Origin: an uncultured Actinomycetota bacterium
GTDB taxonomy: Bacteria > Actinomycetota > Actinomycetes > Mycobacteriales > Mycobacteriaceae
Reading direction: 5' to 3'
Length of the DNA stretch: 64,000 nucleotides
Assembly (NCBI GenBank): GCA_963792745.1
Contig: CAWBXH010000005.1
Location: 721,868-785,867, forward strand
The number at the start of each line of letters is the position of its first letter. The first letter of the stretch is position 1. Below, one piece after another: positions 1-10,400 of this stretch. The notes below the pieces were generated by a model that was not told the DNA's origin, did no database searches, and saw nothing but the letters and a program-made list of their open reading frames with translations. The translations under genes were made by a program, and so were the position numbers.

Positions 1-47
1 CGTCGTCCCGATGGTGGTGCCGACACAGCCGACGGGTTAGCGGCTGG

Positions 48-2434
48 CTACTGCCGCGACATCGAGATGTTGAGTTTGTCCTCCGCGGTCACCAGGTGAT
101 CGTGGCCGTCCTGGCCGATGTCGATGACCACCCGGTCGATCGTGCCGGTGAACTGGTTCCCGCGCGGGCCGTAATCCTGTGAGCTCGGCGAGCCTGTGTC
201 TGAGCCAACGTCGCAGGCCTCGTCGCACGAAAAGGCCATCGGTTCGGTCTGCTCGACTCGGCCGGTCCCGACGGCTTTTCCGTCGTAGAAGAGCGTCACG
301 TCGCCGCCCTTGCCTAATCCGCCTCCGTCGTAGGCGAACTCCATGCGCACCTCGTGCTCACCTGCGGGGATTGGCTCCTCGGCCGTGACGTAGTAGTACT
401 CGATGCCGAAGAAGTTGTAACAGTACTTCAGCTTGCCCTCGTGCACATAAAGGCACCAGCCACCGACGCCGCCGCCCTGGCTGACGATGACGCCGGCAGC
501 GCCCGCATCGGGGACGAGACTTTCGCGGTGACCGAATGCGACTTGTTCTTGATGTTGACCACACAGTTTTCCAGCAGTCGCATTCCCGAGAACAGCGTCT
601 GGGTGTCTCCGGTGATCAGCTTCGGCCGTCCGGCGATATCGGCGTCGAAGCGTTCGACCGACCGGTCATCAAGGGGTACAACGTTGTACTTCACCGCCTC
701 GATCAGCCAGAGGCGTTGCAGCTCAGCGAGTTTCTCCGGATTCTCGGCCGCCAGGTCGTGGGCCTGCGTCCAGTCGTCGGGCGCATACAGTTCCCACACG
801 TCGTCGTCGAGCGACGGGCTGTCGAAAACCATGGCGTGCGGTGCTTGGTCACCGCTGTCCAGCCATTGTGATAGATGCCGCGATTGCCGAACATTTCGAA
901 GTACTGGACGTCGTGGTTCTCCGGTGCTTCGGCGGTACGCAGCGTCGGCATCATGCTGTGACCCTCTAGCGGCGCCTGCTGGATGCTGTTCACCACCGTC
1001 GGCGCGGGTAGCCCGGCAGCCTCGAGAATGGTTGGAGCAACATCGATCACATGGTGGAACTGGTTGCGGGTCTTGCCCTTATCCGCAATGCCGTTCGGCC
1101 AGTGCACGATCGTGCCGTTGCGGGTGCCACCCCAGTGCGACGCGACCTGCTTGGTCCACTGGTACGGGGCGCACAGCGCGTGCGCCCAGCCGACCGCGTA
1201 GTGGTTGTAGGCGTCGGGGGTGCCGAAGTCGTCGATCTTGGACAGCAGGAATTCCGTCGTCTCGATGCCCGGCAACCGTTGAGCGTGAACATCTCGTTGA
1301 AGCAGCCGTTCGGTGTGCCCTCCGCGGATGCGCCGTTGTCGCCGATGATGTAGTAGATCAGCGTATTCTCAAGTGCCCCAAGGTCATCGATTGCGTCGAC
1401 CAACCTGCCGACATGGAAGTCGGTCTGCTCGAGGAAGCCGGCGTAGATCTCCATCTGACGGGCCAGCACCGGCTTCATCTCGGCGGGCATGTCGTTCCAT
1501 GCCGGGAATCTCGGCGTGGCGTGCCGTCAACTCGGCGTCCTTCGGGACGACTCCGAGTGACTTCTGCTTCGGCAATATTTGCTCGCGCAACACATCCCAG
1601 CCGTCGTCGAACTTGCCCTGGTACCTGTCGGACCACTCCTTTGGCACGTGGTGCGGGGCATGGGTGGCGCCCGGCGCGTAGTACATGAAGAACGGCTTGT
1701 CGGGGGCGAGCGCCTTCTGTTGACGCACCCAGGTGATGGCCCGATCGGCCAGATCCGCGTTGAGCGTGTAACCCTCCTCGGGCGTCTTCTCCGGCTCGAC
1801 CGGCGTCGTGCCCTCGAAAAGCCCGGGGTAGTACTGGTTGGCCTCGCCGCCGATGAACCCGTAGAAGTGCTCGAATCCCGAACCGGTGGGCCACTGGTGG
1901 AACGGCCCGACCGGGGAGACCTCCCACACCGGCACCTCGTGGCACTTGCCGAACTGAGCCGTCGAATAGCCGTTCAGCCGAAGGGTTTCCGCGATCGGCG
2001 CCTTGTCCTTCGGACGCACGCTGGAGTAGCCGGGTGCCGACGTCGCGATCTCGGTGATGCCGCCCATTCCGACGGAATGGTGGTTGCGGCCGGTCAGCAG
2101 CGCCTGCCGCGTGGGCGAACAGAGCGCCGTGGTGTGGAAGCGGTTCAGCTTGACGCCGCCTGCGGCCAGCCGCTCGGCGGTGGGCGTGTTGCAGGGGCCG
2201 CCGAAGGCTCGATGACGCGCCGAAGCCGACGTCATCGATCAGCACGATGAGCACGTTCGGCGCCCCTGCGGGCGGCTTCACCGTCGTGATCGGCGGGTAC
2301 TTGGTGTTCGGATCCTTGGCGTCGTATGTCGTCAGGCCGACGTACTGGGGATCGGGAATGGGCAGGATGTCCCGCCGGACCTCACCCCCCGCCGCGTCCG
2401 ACTGGCCGTTGTTCTGAGCTGACGAGCTGGGCAT
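48..2434 (-). pseudogene. Cys-type arylsulfatase, broken by about five single-base frameshifts
   Basis: Six consecutive minus-strand ORF pieces join into one sulfatase: PNVLIVLIDDVGFG metal-binding start, CSPTRQALLTGR formylglycine motif (CxPxR), GKCH, YYAPGATHAPHH, IIGDNG. Frame breaks near 2209, 1505, 1275, 830 and 517. Confidence 0.9.
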
Positions 2435-2540
2435 GAGGGATCCTCTCGGCTTTCTCGGGCCACATTTCTCGGGTCCGAGACCGCCAGCCTATGGAGATGC
2501 GTCGAGAGCCCGTGTGTTTTTGCCGCGGACGATAAAAACT

Positions 2541-2566
2541 CGAAACGGAATTCCAGCAGCGGAAGT
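2541..2566. repeat. Left half of a palindromic unit split by the IS
   Basis: CGAAACGGAATTCCAGCAG (2541-2559) is an 18/19 inverted match to 3864-3882. It is followed by 7 nt of loop (CGGAAGT). Confidence 0.85.
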
Positions 2567-3849
2567 CACGAGGCGGATTCATACGGTCAGTGCAACATCC
2601 GATGATCTAGGAGGTTGCCGTGACGTCTGGGGTTCGGTTTTCGAGAGCGGTGAAGCGGGAGTTCTTCGATCTTGTCTGCCTGGGTGTGGCCACGACAGAG
2701 GCGTCGGTGAATCTGGGCGTGTCGCGTCGCACCGGCTGGCATTGGTGGCGCGACGCTGACGGGATGAAGCTACGCAAAGGCAAGAACGGTCTGGGTGGGT
2801 TGGCCGGCCCAGGGGATCTCACTGGGCCCGGCGGCCCGGGCCATCGGGTCAGCTTCGAAGAGCGCGTGGAGATCATGCGCGGCCGCGACGTGGGGCTGAG
2901 CTTCGCCGAGATCGGCAGACGCCTCGGGCGCGACCGCTCGGTCGTCTGGCGGGAATACCGCCGCAACCGCCTTCCTGACGGGGATTATCACGCCCTGATG
3001 GCCAATGCTCGTGCAACGCGAGAAGCCCGCCGGCCCAAAGCCTTCCGGGTCAACAATCACCGGTTGTGTTCGGCGATCGAAACCTGGATGGATGACGGGT
3101 GGAGCCCCAGATTGATCTCGCAGATGTTGGCCCATGACCATCCCGATGACAAGCTGATGCAAGTGAGCCACGAAACCATCTACCAGAGTCTGTATGTGCA
3201 GACCCGTGGCCAGCTGCGCGCCGATCTGCACAAGTGCCTGTCAACCAAACGTGCGACGCGCAGACCGCGCGGGCATCGCGGCCGCACCGGGGTCTACACC
3301 CCCGGCGAGATCTTCACCATCCGCGACCGCCCGGCTGAAGCCGAAGATCGGGCCGTACCCGGCCATTGGGAAGGCGACCTGATCCTGGGCGCGGGTCACC
3401 GCAGCGCGATCGGCACCCTGGTCGAGCGGGCCACCCGGTTCACCATCTTGTTGCACCTGCCCGTCGATCACACCGCCGAATCGGTGGCCACCGCGATGAT
3501 CGAGGCCATGGGTGAGCTGCCCGAGCACCTACGCCGCTCGATCACCTGGGACCGCGGCAGCGAAATGGCCGATTGGCGCAGCATCCAACTGCAGCTGCAA
3601 GCCCCGGTCTTCTTCTGCAATCCAAGTTCCCCGTGGCAGCGCGGCACCAACGAAAACACCAACCGGCTGCTGCGGTTCTGGTTCGAAAAAGGCAGCGACC
3701 TCAGCGGCTACACCAAAGCCGACCTCAAACGCGTCGCCGACAAACTCAACACGCGACCACGACCCACACTCGACCTCGACACACCCGCCCAACGCCTCGC
3801 CACCCTGATTAGCCAAGCCGCCTAAAAGTTGCACTGGCCCCTTGACATT
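2567..3849 (+). mobile_element. IS30-family insertion sequence (left end 2564-2567, right end 3847-3849)
   Basis: Intact IS30-type transposase and subterminal 12-bp inverted repeats GGTCAGTGCAAC (2585-2596) / GTTGCACTGGCC (3828-3839), 11/12 match. The right end reads TGTCAAGG inward. Removing 2567-3849 restores a 59-bp palindrome matching 47189-47247. Confidence 0.88.
2620..3825 (+). CDS. IS30-family DDE transposase
   Basis: 401 aa. N-terminal HTH-like segments (LSFAEIGRRLGRDRSVVWRE), VSHETIY, HWEGDLI, ITWDRGSEM, WQRGTNENTNRLLR, LNTRPR. SD AGGAGG at 2609-2614. Confidence 0.95.
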   Translation: MTSGVRFSRAVKREFFDLVCLGVATTEASVNLGVSRRTGWHWWRDADGMKLRKGKNGLGGLAGPGDLTGPGGPGHRVSFEERVEIMRGRDVGLSFAEIGRRLGRDRSVVWREYRRNRLPDGDYHALMANARATREARRPKAFRVNNHRLCSAIETWMDDGWSPRLISQMLAHDHPDDKLMQVSHETIYQSLYVQTRGQLRADLHKCLSTKRATRRPRGHRGRTGVYTPGEIFTIRDRPAEAEDRAVPGHWEGDLILGAGHRSAIGTLVERATRFTILLHLPVDHTAESVATAMIEAMGELPEHLRRSITWDRGSEMADWRSIQLQLQAPVFFCNPSSPWQRGTNENTNRLLRFWFEKGSDLSGYTKADLKRVADKLNTRPRPTLDLDTPAQRLATLISQAA

Positions 3850-3882
3850 GCCCGAGTAAGGGCCTGCTGGAACTCCGTTTCG
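3850..3882. repeat. Right half of the palindromic unit split by the IS
   Basis: GCCCGAGTAAGGGC (loop remainder) plus CTGCTGGAACTCCGTTTCG (arm). Confidence 0.85.
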
Positions 3883-3889
3883 CGCGAAC

Positions 3890-5039
3890 TTACGAAGGGC
3901 GCACTCGGGTGAAGCGGTGCAGCAGCCAAGCCAGCGGCACCGTCACGATGAACGTGGCCACGAAGAGCATGGGCATCGAGCCCGTGTAGATCTGAAAGTG
4001 CAGGATCTCGACCATCACGAGTCTCCATCGTCAGCAGATGGATCAGGAAGATCTCGTAGGAGATCTCGCCGAGGAACACCATCGGACGGCTGGCAAGCAG
4101 CCGCGCGTACAGGCCGCGGTCACCCAGCGCCAGCGGCGCGACCGCCAGCGTCGCGATCACGGCGTAGAAGACCGCCTTCCATATCGCAGGCGCCAAGGCT
4201 AGGGGGACGTCGTCGGTTCCCCCGCAATCGGTGTCGAGGCGATGAAGTAGCTCGCCACCGCGACGGGTAGCAGGCAATGCGTAGACAGCGGACGCCCATC
4301 GGCCGCAAGGACAGCGAGAAGCATGCCGCCGACGAACCAGGCCAGGTAGTGGGTAGCCACAGGCGCGCCCCGTCGGGCAACAAGTCGGCGGTGTGGACGA
4401 AAATCAGCCACGCAGGCGTGGCCGTGGTCAGGAGCACAAGGCCGCCAGCAACAGCCCGGGTCGCCAGCGGCGGCGACACAGCACCACCAGCAACAGGTAG
4501 GCCAGCAACGGTAGCACCACATAGAACGCGACTTCCACTGCCAGGCTCCACATCTGGGTCAGCGCTTGATGCAGATACGAGTACAGGTAGTGATCGGTGT
4601 AGATCTGCGTCAGCGTGAGATTGCGAAACAGTCCCATCCAGGTGTGCCCGGGATTGGGGCCCGCGGTGCGGAAGTGGTAGACGAGATAGGCGACCAGCAC
4701 GGTGACGACGTAGGCGGGCATGATGCGGCGCACCCGGTGCCAGGCGTAGCGGCGCACCGACGGCGCAGGCCCACCCGCCGCCACCGCCTTGACCCACGGG
4801 CCGAACAGCAGAAACCCTGACAGCACAAAGAAAATCGAGACGCCGACCTCCATCCGCGAATACACCAGACCGACGTAGCCATGGGTGTACTTGCCGGTGG
4901 TGTACGCCGCATGGGTGGCCATCACCAGAAGCGCGGCGACGGCTCGGATTCCGGTGAGCGACGCCACCCGCTCGGGGGTCGCGACCGACTCGAGGCCACC
5001 CTGCGCGGGTGGGACCTTGGTCCCCTTCGACACCGTCAT
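3890..5039 (-). pseudogene. Acyltransferase family 3 (OafA-like) membrane protein, Rv1254-like, multiply frameshifted
   Basis: RVASLTGIRAVAALLV, GVSIFFVLSGFLL, QMWSLAVEVAFY and GEISYEIFLIH occur in different frames. Stop TAA at 3890-3892 after WLLHRFTRVRPS. Overlaps the deaD stop. Confidence 0.85.
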
Positions 5040-6715
5040 TTCGGTTTGTGGCGTGGCTTTCCCGGACCGCGGTCGGGTTCGAGGTTGATCAGCTGACCCT
5101 GAATCCGGGTGTGCGCCAGCGCCTTCAGTGTCTGCTTCGACAAATTCTTCGGCAGCTCGACGAGCGAGTATTCGGGTCGGATCGTGATGTGCCCGAAGTC
5201 GCTGCGGTGCAACCCGCCCTCGTTGGCGATCGCGCCCACGATGGCGCCCGGCATGACCTTGTGTCGCTTGCCAACGGCAATGCGGTACGTCGCAAGGTCC
5301 GCACGCCGCTCGCGAGGCTTGCGCGGGCCACCTTCGCGCGGCGGGCGGTCGTCGCGCGCGCGGCGTTTCTCCGGCGCGGGCTCCGTCATGAGGAACTCCT
5401 CGCCGTCGCGGGACTGCAGCGCCAATGCCGCCGCGATGTCTGCCATCGGCACGTCGTTGTCGCGTTCGTAACCCTCGATCAGCCTGCGGAACAAGTCGAT
5501 TCCCGGTGCCGCCAGCGCGGAGGTGATCGAATCGCGGAACTTCTCGACGCGCTGAGCGTTGACGTCGTCGACCGACGGCAGCTGGCCCTCGACAAGCTTC
5601 TGCCGGGTCACCCGCTCGATGGAGTTGAGCAGATGGCGCTCACGCGGGGTGACGAACAGCAGCGCCGTGCCGGATCGGCCTGCGCGGCCCGTGCGTCCGA
5701 TGCGATGCACGTAGGACTCGGGATCGTGCGGGATGTCGTAGTTCAGCACGTGCGAGATGCGGTCGACGTCGAGCCCGCGGGCCGCCACGTCGGTGGCGAT
5801 CAGGATGTCGAGCTTTCCGTCCTTGAGCGATGCGATCGTGCGCTCACGCACCGCCTGCGGGATGTCGCCGTTGATGGCGGCCGCGGAAAACCCTCGGGCG
5901 CGCAGCTTTTCGGCGACCTCCTCGGTGGCCTGCTTGGTGCGGACGAAGACGATCATCGCCTCGAACGGCTCGACCTCCAGCAGCCGGGTGAGCGCATCCA
6001 TCTTGCGCGGTCCGGCCACCTGGATGTAGCGCTGCGTGATGTTCTCGGCCGTCTGCGTTTTCGCCTTGACCGTCACCTCGACGGGGTCGTGCAGGTACTT
6101 GCTGGTGATCTTGCGGATCGCCGGCGGCATCGTCGCGGAGAACAACGCGACCTGCTTGTACTCGGGGGTGTCGGCCAGGATCCGCTCGACGTCTTCGGCG
6201 AAGCCCATCTGCAGCATCTCGTCGGCCTCGTCGAGCACGAGGTAGTCGAGGTGGCTGACGTCGAGGGTGCCCTTCTCGAGATGGTCGATCACGCGGCCCG
6301 GCGTGCCGACGACGACCTGGGCGCCACGCTTGAGCCCGGCCAGCTGCGGTCCGTACGAGGAGCCGCCGTAGATCGGCAGCACGTTCACGGGCAGATGTGC
6401 GCCGTATCGGCTGAACGCCTCGGCGACCTGCAACGCCAGCTCGCGGGTGGGCGCCAACACCAACGCCTGCGTGGTCCGGCTGGAGGTGTCGATCTTCGAC
6501 AGGATCGGGATGGCGAACGCGGCGGTCTTACCGGTGCCGGTCTGCGCCAGCCCGACGACGTCGGAACCGGCCAGCATCGCCGGAATCGTCGCCGCCTGGA
6601 TGGCCGACGGGGTCTCGTATCCGACGTCGGAAACCGCCTGCAGCACCGAAGGGTGCATCTGCAGGTCAGCGAAAGTCAGGTCGACGCTGGTGGCGTCCGG
6701 TTCAGGCGGCGTCAT
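5036..6715 (-). CDS. deaD: DEAD-box RNA helicase DeaD/CsdA
   Basis: AQTGTGKT, PTRELA, TPGR, DEAD, SAT, ARGLD and HRIGRTGRAG motifs, plus a C-terminal DbpA-like RNA-binding domain. Confidence 0.95.
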   Translation of the reverse strand: MTPPEPDATSVDLTFADLQMHPSVLQAVSDVGYETPSAIQAATIPAMLAGSDVVGLAQTGTGKTAAFAIPILSKIDTSSRTTQALVLAPTRELALQVAEAFSRYGAHLPVNVLPIYGGSSYGPQLAGLKRGAQVVVGTPGRVIDHLEKGTLDVSHLDYLVLDEADEMLQMGFAEDVERILADTPEYKQVALFSATMPPAIRKITSKYLHDPVEVTVKAKTQTAENITQRYIQVAGPRKMDALTRLLEVEPFEAMIVFVRTKQATEEVAEKLRARGFSAAAINGDIPQAVRERTIASLKDGKLDILIATDVAARGLDVDRISHVLNYDIPHDPESYVHRIGRTGRAGRSGTALLFVTPRERHLLNSIERVTRQKLVEGQLPSVDDVNAQRVEKFRDSITSALAAPGIDLFRRLIEGYERDNDVPMADIAAALALQSRDGEEFLMTEPAPEKRRARDDRPPREGGPRKPRERRADLATYRIAVGKRHKVMPGAIVGAIANEGGLHRSDFGHITIRPEYSLVELPKNLSKQTLKALAHTRIQGQLINLEPDRGPGKPRHKPK

Positions 6716-6782
6716 CGGGTTGCCAGTCTAGATGCCCGCGGCGTCTCGACCCGCCGCGCCGCCTGCGGGTTCGGCGCAGGCG

Positions 6783-7355
6783 ATGGCGGTACGGTGCGCA
6801 TTTGTGAAATGGGTCTGGGTGGCATCGGTCGGGGCGGTGGTGTTGGCCGGTTGCGGTGCCGGCGATTCGACCGTTTCCAAGACGCCGGAGGCCAGCACGA
6901 CCACCGCGGCGCCCGCGACCGCGCTGCCCGGTCCGCCGCCTGCAACCAGCGCCGCGCCCAGCGCGCCTGCGCCCGATCCGTGCGCGGTGAACCTGGCGGC
7001 GCCCACGATCGCTAAGGCGGTTTCCACGTTGCCGCGTGACCCGCGCAGCGACCAGCCCTGGAGCCCGGAGCCGCTGGCCGGAAATTACAACGAGTGCGCC
7101 CAGTTGTCGGCGGTCATCGTCAAAGCGAACACCAACGCCACCAACCCCAACACCCGCGCCGTGCTGTTTCACCTCGGCAAGTACATTCCGACCGGCGTGC
7201 CCGACACCTACGGGTACAACGGCATCGACAAGACGCTTTCCACCGGCGACACCGTCGCGCTGGTCTACTCCGGTGGCGTTCCCGGGCTTACCAGCGTGGT
7301 GAAATTCCGCTGGAACGGCAATGGCGTTGAGCTGATCGGCAACACGCCCGGCTGA
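6783..7355 (+). CDS. lprE: LppP/LprE-family lipoprotein (start uncertain, 6732-6804)
   Basis: Lipobox VVLAGC, Pro/Ala/Thr linker, NYNECAQLSAV...RAVLFHLGKYI domain. Syntenic with Rv1252c. Confidence 0.8.
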   Translation: MAVRCAFVKWVWVASVGAVVLAGCGAGDSTVSKTPEASTTTAAPATALPGPPPATSAAPSAPAPDPCAVNLAAPTIAKAVSTLPRDPRSDQPWSPEPLAGNYNECAQLSAVIVKANTNATNPNTRAVLFHLGKYIPTGVPDTYGYNGIDKTLSTGDTVALVYSGGVPGLTSVVKFRWNGNGVELIGNTPG

Positions 7356-7372
7356 CTCGCCGCCTCACCTTT

Positions 7373-7437
7373 CGCCCAAACGGACAAACGGGCGACGACA
7401 CGCCGCGAAATTACGCCCAAACGTCCGTTTGGGCGTA
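7373..7437. repeat. ~63-bp intergenic palindromic unit
   Basis: 13-bp inverted repeat CGCCCAAACGGAC (7373-7385) / GTCCGTTTGGGCG (7423-7435). Nested perfect 12-bp stem TACGCCCAAACG-TC-CGTTTGGGCGTA (7412-7437). The spacer contains GACACGCCGC. Confidence 0.8.
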
Positions 7438-7483
7438 GCTGAGTGGAGGCTCGGTGTCGGGTGGCTCGCCTACAGTTGCGGGC

Positions 7484-10400
7484 GTGTTCGTCGCCGACGA
7501 TCGAGTGATCTACAGCGCCTCCGACCTCGCGGCCGCCGCCCGCTGCGAGTACGCGCTGCTGCGCTCGTTCGATGCCCGGCTCGGCTGGGGGCCGCCGGTC
7601 GCGGTCGAGGACGAATTGCTCGCCCGCACGGTCGAACTCGGCGGCGAACACGAGCAGCGCCACCTCGATGAGCTGCGGGCGATGACGCACGAGACGGTCG
7701 CCGTCATCGGCAGGCCCGACTACACCGTCGCGGGTCTGACCGCGGCCGCCGAGGCGACCCTGTGGGCGGTCGAACGCCGGGCGCCGGTGATCTATCAGGC
7801 CGCCATGTTCGACGGCCGGTTCGTCGGTTTCGCCGACTTCCTGGTGTTCGACGGCGAGCGCTACCGCTTGCGCGACACCAAGCTGGCCCGGTCGGTCAAG
7901 GTCGAGGCGCTGTTGCAGCTCGCGGCGTACGCGGAGACCCTGGCCGCCGCCGGCGTGCCGGTGTCGGACGAAGTGGAGCTGGTGCTCGGCGACACCGCCA
8001 CCGTCGGCTACCGCGTCGACGAGTTGGTCCCTGTGTACCGGCCGCGGCGCGCGGCGCTGCAGCGCCTGCTCGACGGGCATCTGGCCGGTGGTACCGCGGT
8101 GAGCTGGGACGACGAGAATGTCCGCGCTTGCTTCCGGTGCCCGGAGTGCGCCCTTGCGGTGCGCGCGCGTGACGACCTGCTGCTCGTCGCGGGCATGCGG
8201 GCCAGCCAGCGCGCCCGGTTCATCGACGCAGGCGTGACGACGATGACGGAGCTGTCGCGCCACGACGGGCCGGTTGCCGAGCTGCCCGCGAGAACCGTCG
8301 CCGCGCTGACTGCGCAGGCCCGGCTGCAGACCATGCCCAGGATCGACGGCAAGCCGCCGTTCGAGGTCACCGATACGCAGCCGCTGAACCTGTTGCCCGA
8401 CCCCAACAAGGGTGATCTGTTCTTCGACTTCGAGGGCGACCCGCTGTGGACGGCAGACGGCCGCGACTGGGGCCTGGAGTATCTCTGGGGTGTGCTCGAG
8501 GTCGGCGGTGCCTTCCGGCCGCTGTGGGCCCACGACCGGGAAAGCGAGCGCCAGGCACTCGTCGACTTCCTGGCGATGGTCCGCAAGCGCCGCAAGCGCT
8601 ACCCGAACATGCACATCTACCACTACGCGGCGTACGAGAAGACGGCGCTGCTGCGGCTGGCGGGACGCTACGGCGTCGGCGAGGACGAGGTCGACGACCT
8701 GCTGCGCAGCGGCACCCTCGTCGACCTTTTTCCGTTGGTGCGCAAGTGTATTCGGGTCGGCGCCGAGAACTACAGCCTCAAGACGCTCGAGCCGCTCTAC
8801 ATGGGCGCCGAGCTGCGGACCGGCGATGTGACGACCGCCGCCGACTCGATCAACCAATACGCACGCTATTGCGACCTGCGCGCCGACGGTCGCGGCGACG
8901 AGGCCGACATCGCGTTGAAGGAGATCGAGGAGTACAACCGCTACGACTGCCGGTCGACACACCGGCTGCGCGACTGGCTCATCAAGATCGCGATCGAGTC
9001 GGGCGTTCCGCCCTTGGGGCCGCAGCCGGTCGCAGAGGGCGTCGCGGTCGAGGACACCGACGAGCTCGCCCGCACCTTGATGGCGTTCGCGGGTGACGGG
9101 GTCGACAGCCGCACCCCGGAGCAGACGGCCGTCGCGCTGATGGCCGCGGCCCGCGGATACCACCGGCGCGAGGACAAGCCGTTCTGGTGGGCACACTTCG
9201 ACCGGCTCAACAATCCGGTCGACGAGTGGGGCGACACCAGCGACGTGTTCGTGGCCGAGAAGGCCGAGGTCGTCAAGGACTGGCATCTGCCGTCGTCGCG
9301 CGCCAGGAAGAACCAGCGCTGGGTCAAGCTGACCGGCGCACTGGAGGCCGGCGGGCTCAAGGGTGAAGTGTTCGCGCTGTACAACCCGCCGTCACCGGCC
9401 GGCCTCGCCGACAACCCCGACCGACGTGCCGCAGGCAACGCCGAAATCACCGTCGTCGACGACCCGAGCCTGCCCACCGAGGTCACCATCTGCGAGCGGG
9501 AGCCGGCCGACGGGCCGTTCACGCAGCTGCCGTTCGCGCTGACGCCCCGCTCGATCGTCCCGACGAAAAAGCTGCGCGAGTCCATCGATGCGGCGGCGGC
9601 AGAAGTCGGCGTTCGCCTACCCGCACTGCCCGGCACCGCGATCGTGGACCTCCTGTTGCGCCGAACACCACGTACCCGCAGCGGCACACCGTTGCCGCAC
9701 ACCGGCGACACCCCCGCGGACATCACTGCCGCGCTGCTGGACCTCGACGCCTCGTATGTCGCCGTGCACGGCCCACCCGGCACCGGCAAGACCTATACGG
9801 CGGCACGGATCATCGCGGCGCTCGTCAACGCCCACCAGTGGCGGGTCGGCGTCGTCGCGCAGTCACACGCGGTGGTGGAGAACCTGTTCCGCGACCTGAT
9901 CAAGGCCGGCGTCGACCCCGCGCGTATCGCCAAGAAGGACTCCCCCGCCGACGCCACCTGGCAGGTGATCGACAAGGACGACTACGCCGCCTTCATCGCG
10001 ACCAACCGCGGATGTGTAATCGGCGGTACCGCATGGGATTTCGCCAACGACAACCGCGTGGCTGCGGCCAGTCTCGAGCTGCTCGTCATCGAGGAGGCCG
10101 GCCAGTTCTGTCTAGCCAACACAATCGCGGTGGCCCGAGCGGCCAAGAACCTGATGCTGCTCGGCGACCCTCAGCAGCTGCCGCAGGTCAGCCAGGGGCA
10201 TCACCCCGAGCCGGTCGACGCGTCGGCACTCGGCTGGTTGGTCCAGGGCCACCGCACCCTGCCCGAAGAGCTGGGCTACTTTCTGGACCGCTCGTACCGG
10301 ATGCATCCCGCGGTGTGCGGACCGGTGTCGCGGTTGTCCTACGAGGGCCGGCTGCGCTCCGAGGAACCCCTCACCGCTTCGCGTCGGCTCGACGGCAATC

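Noticed and set aside
3842-3880. Outward hybrid promoter from the IS right-end TTGACA
   Set aside because: No TANNNT at 16-19 bp downstream in the current flank.
5009-7015. Long antisense ORFs (also 354-1688, 7265-9286, 19308-20879, 28668-30626, 59192-61060, 61057-62583)
   Set aside because: They are shadows of real genes on the opposite strand in high-GC DNA, with Arg/Gly/Ala-rich translations and no motifs.
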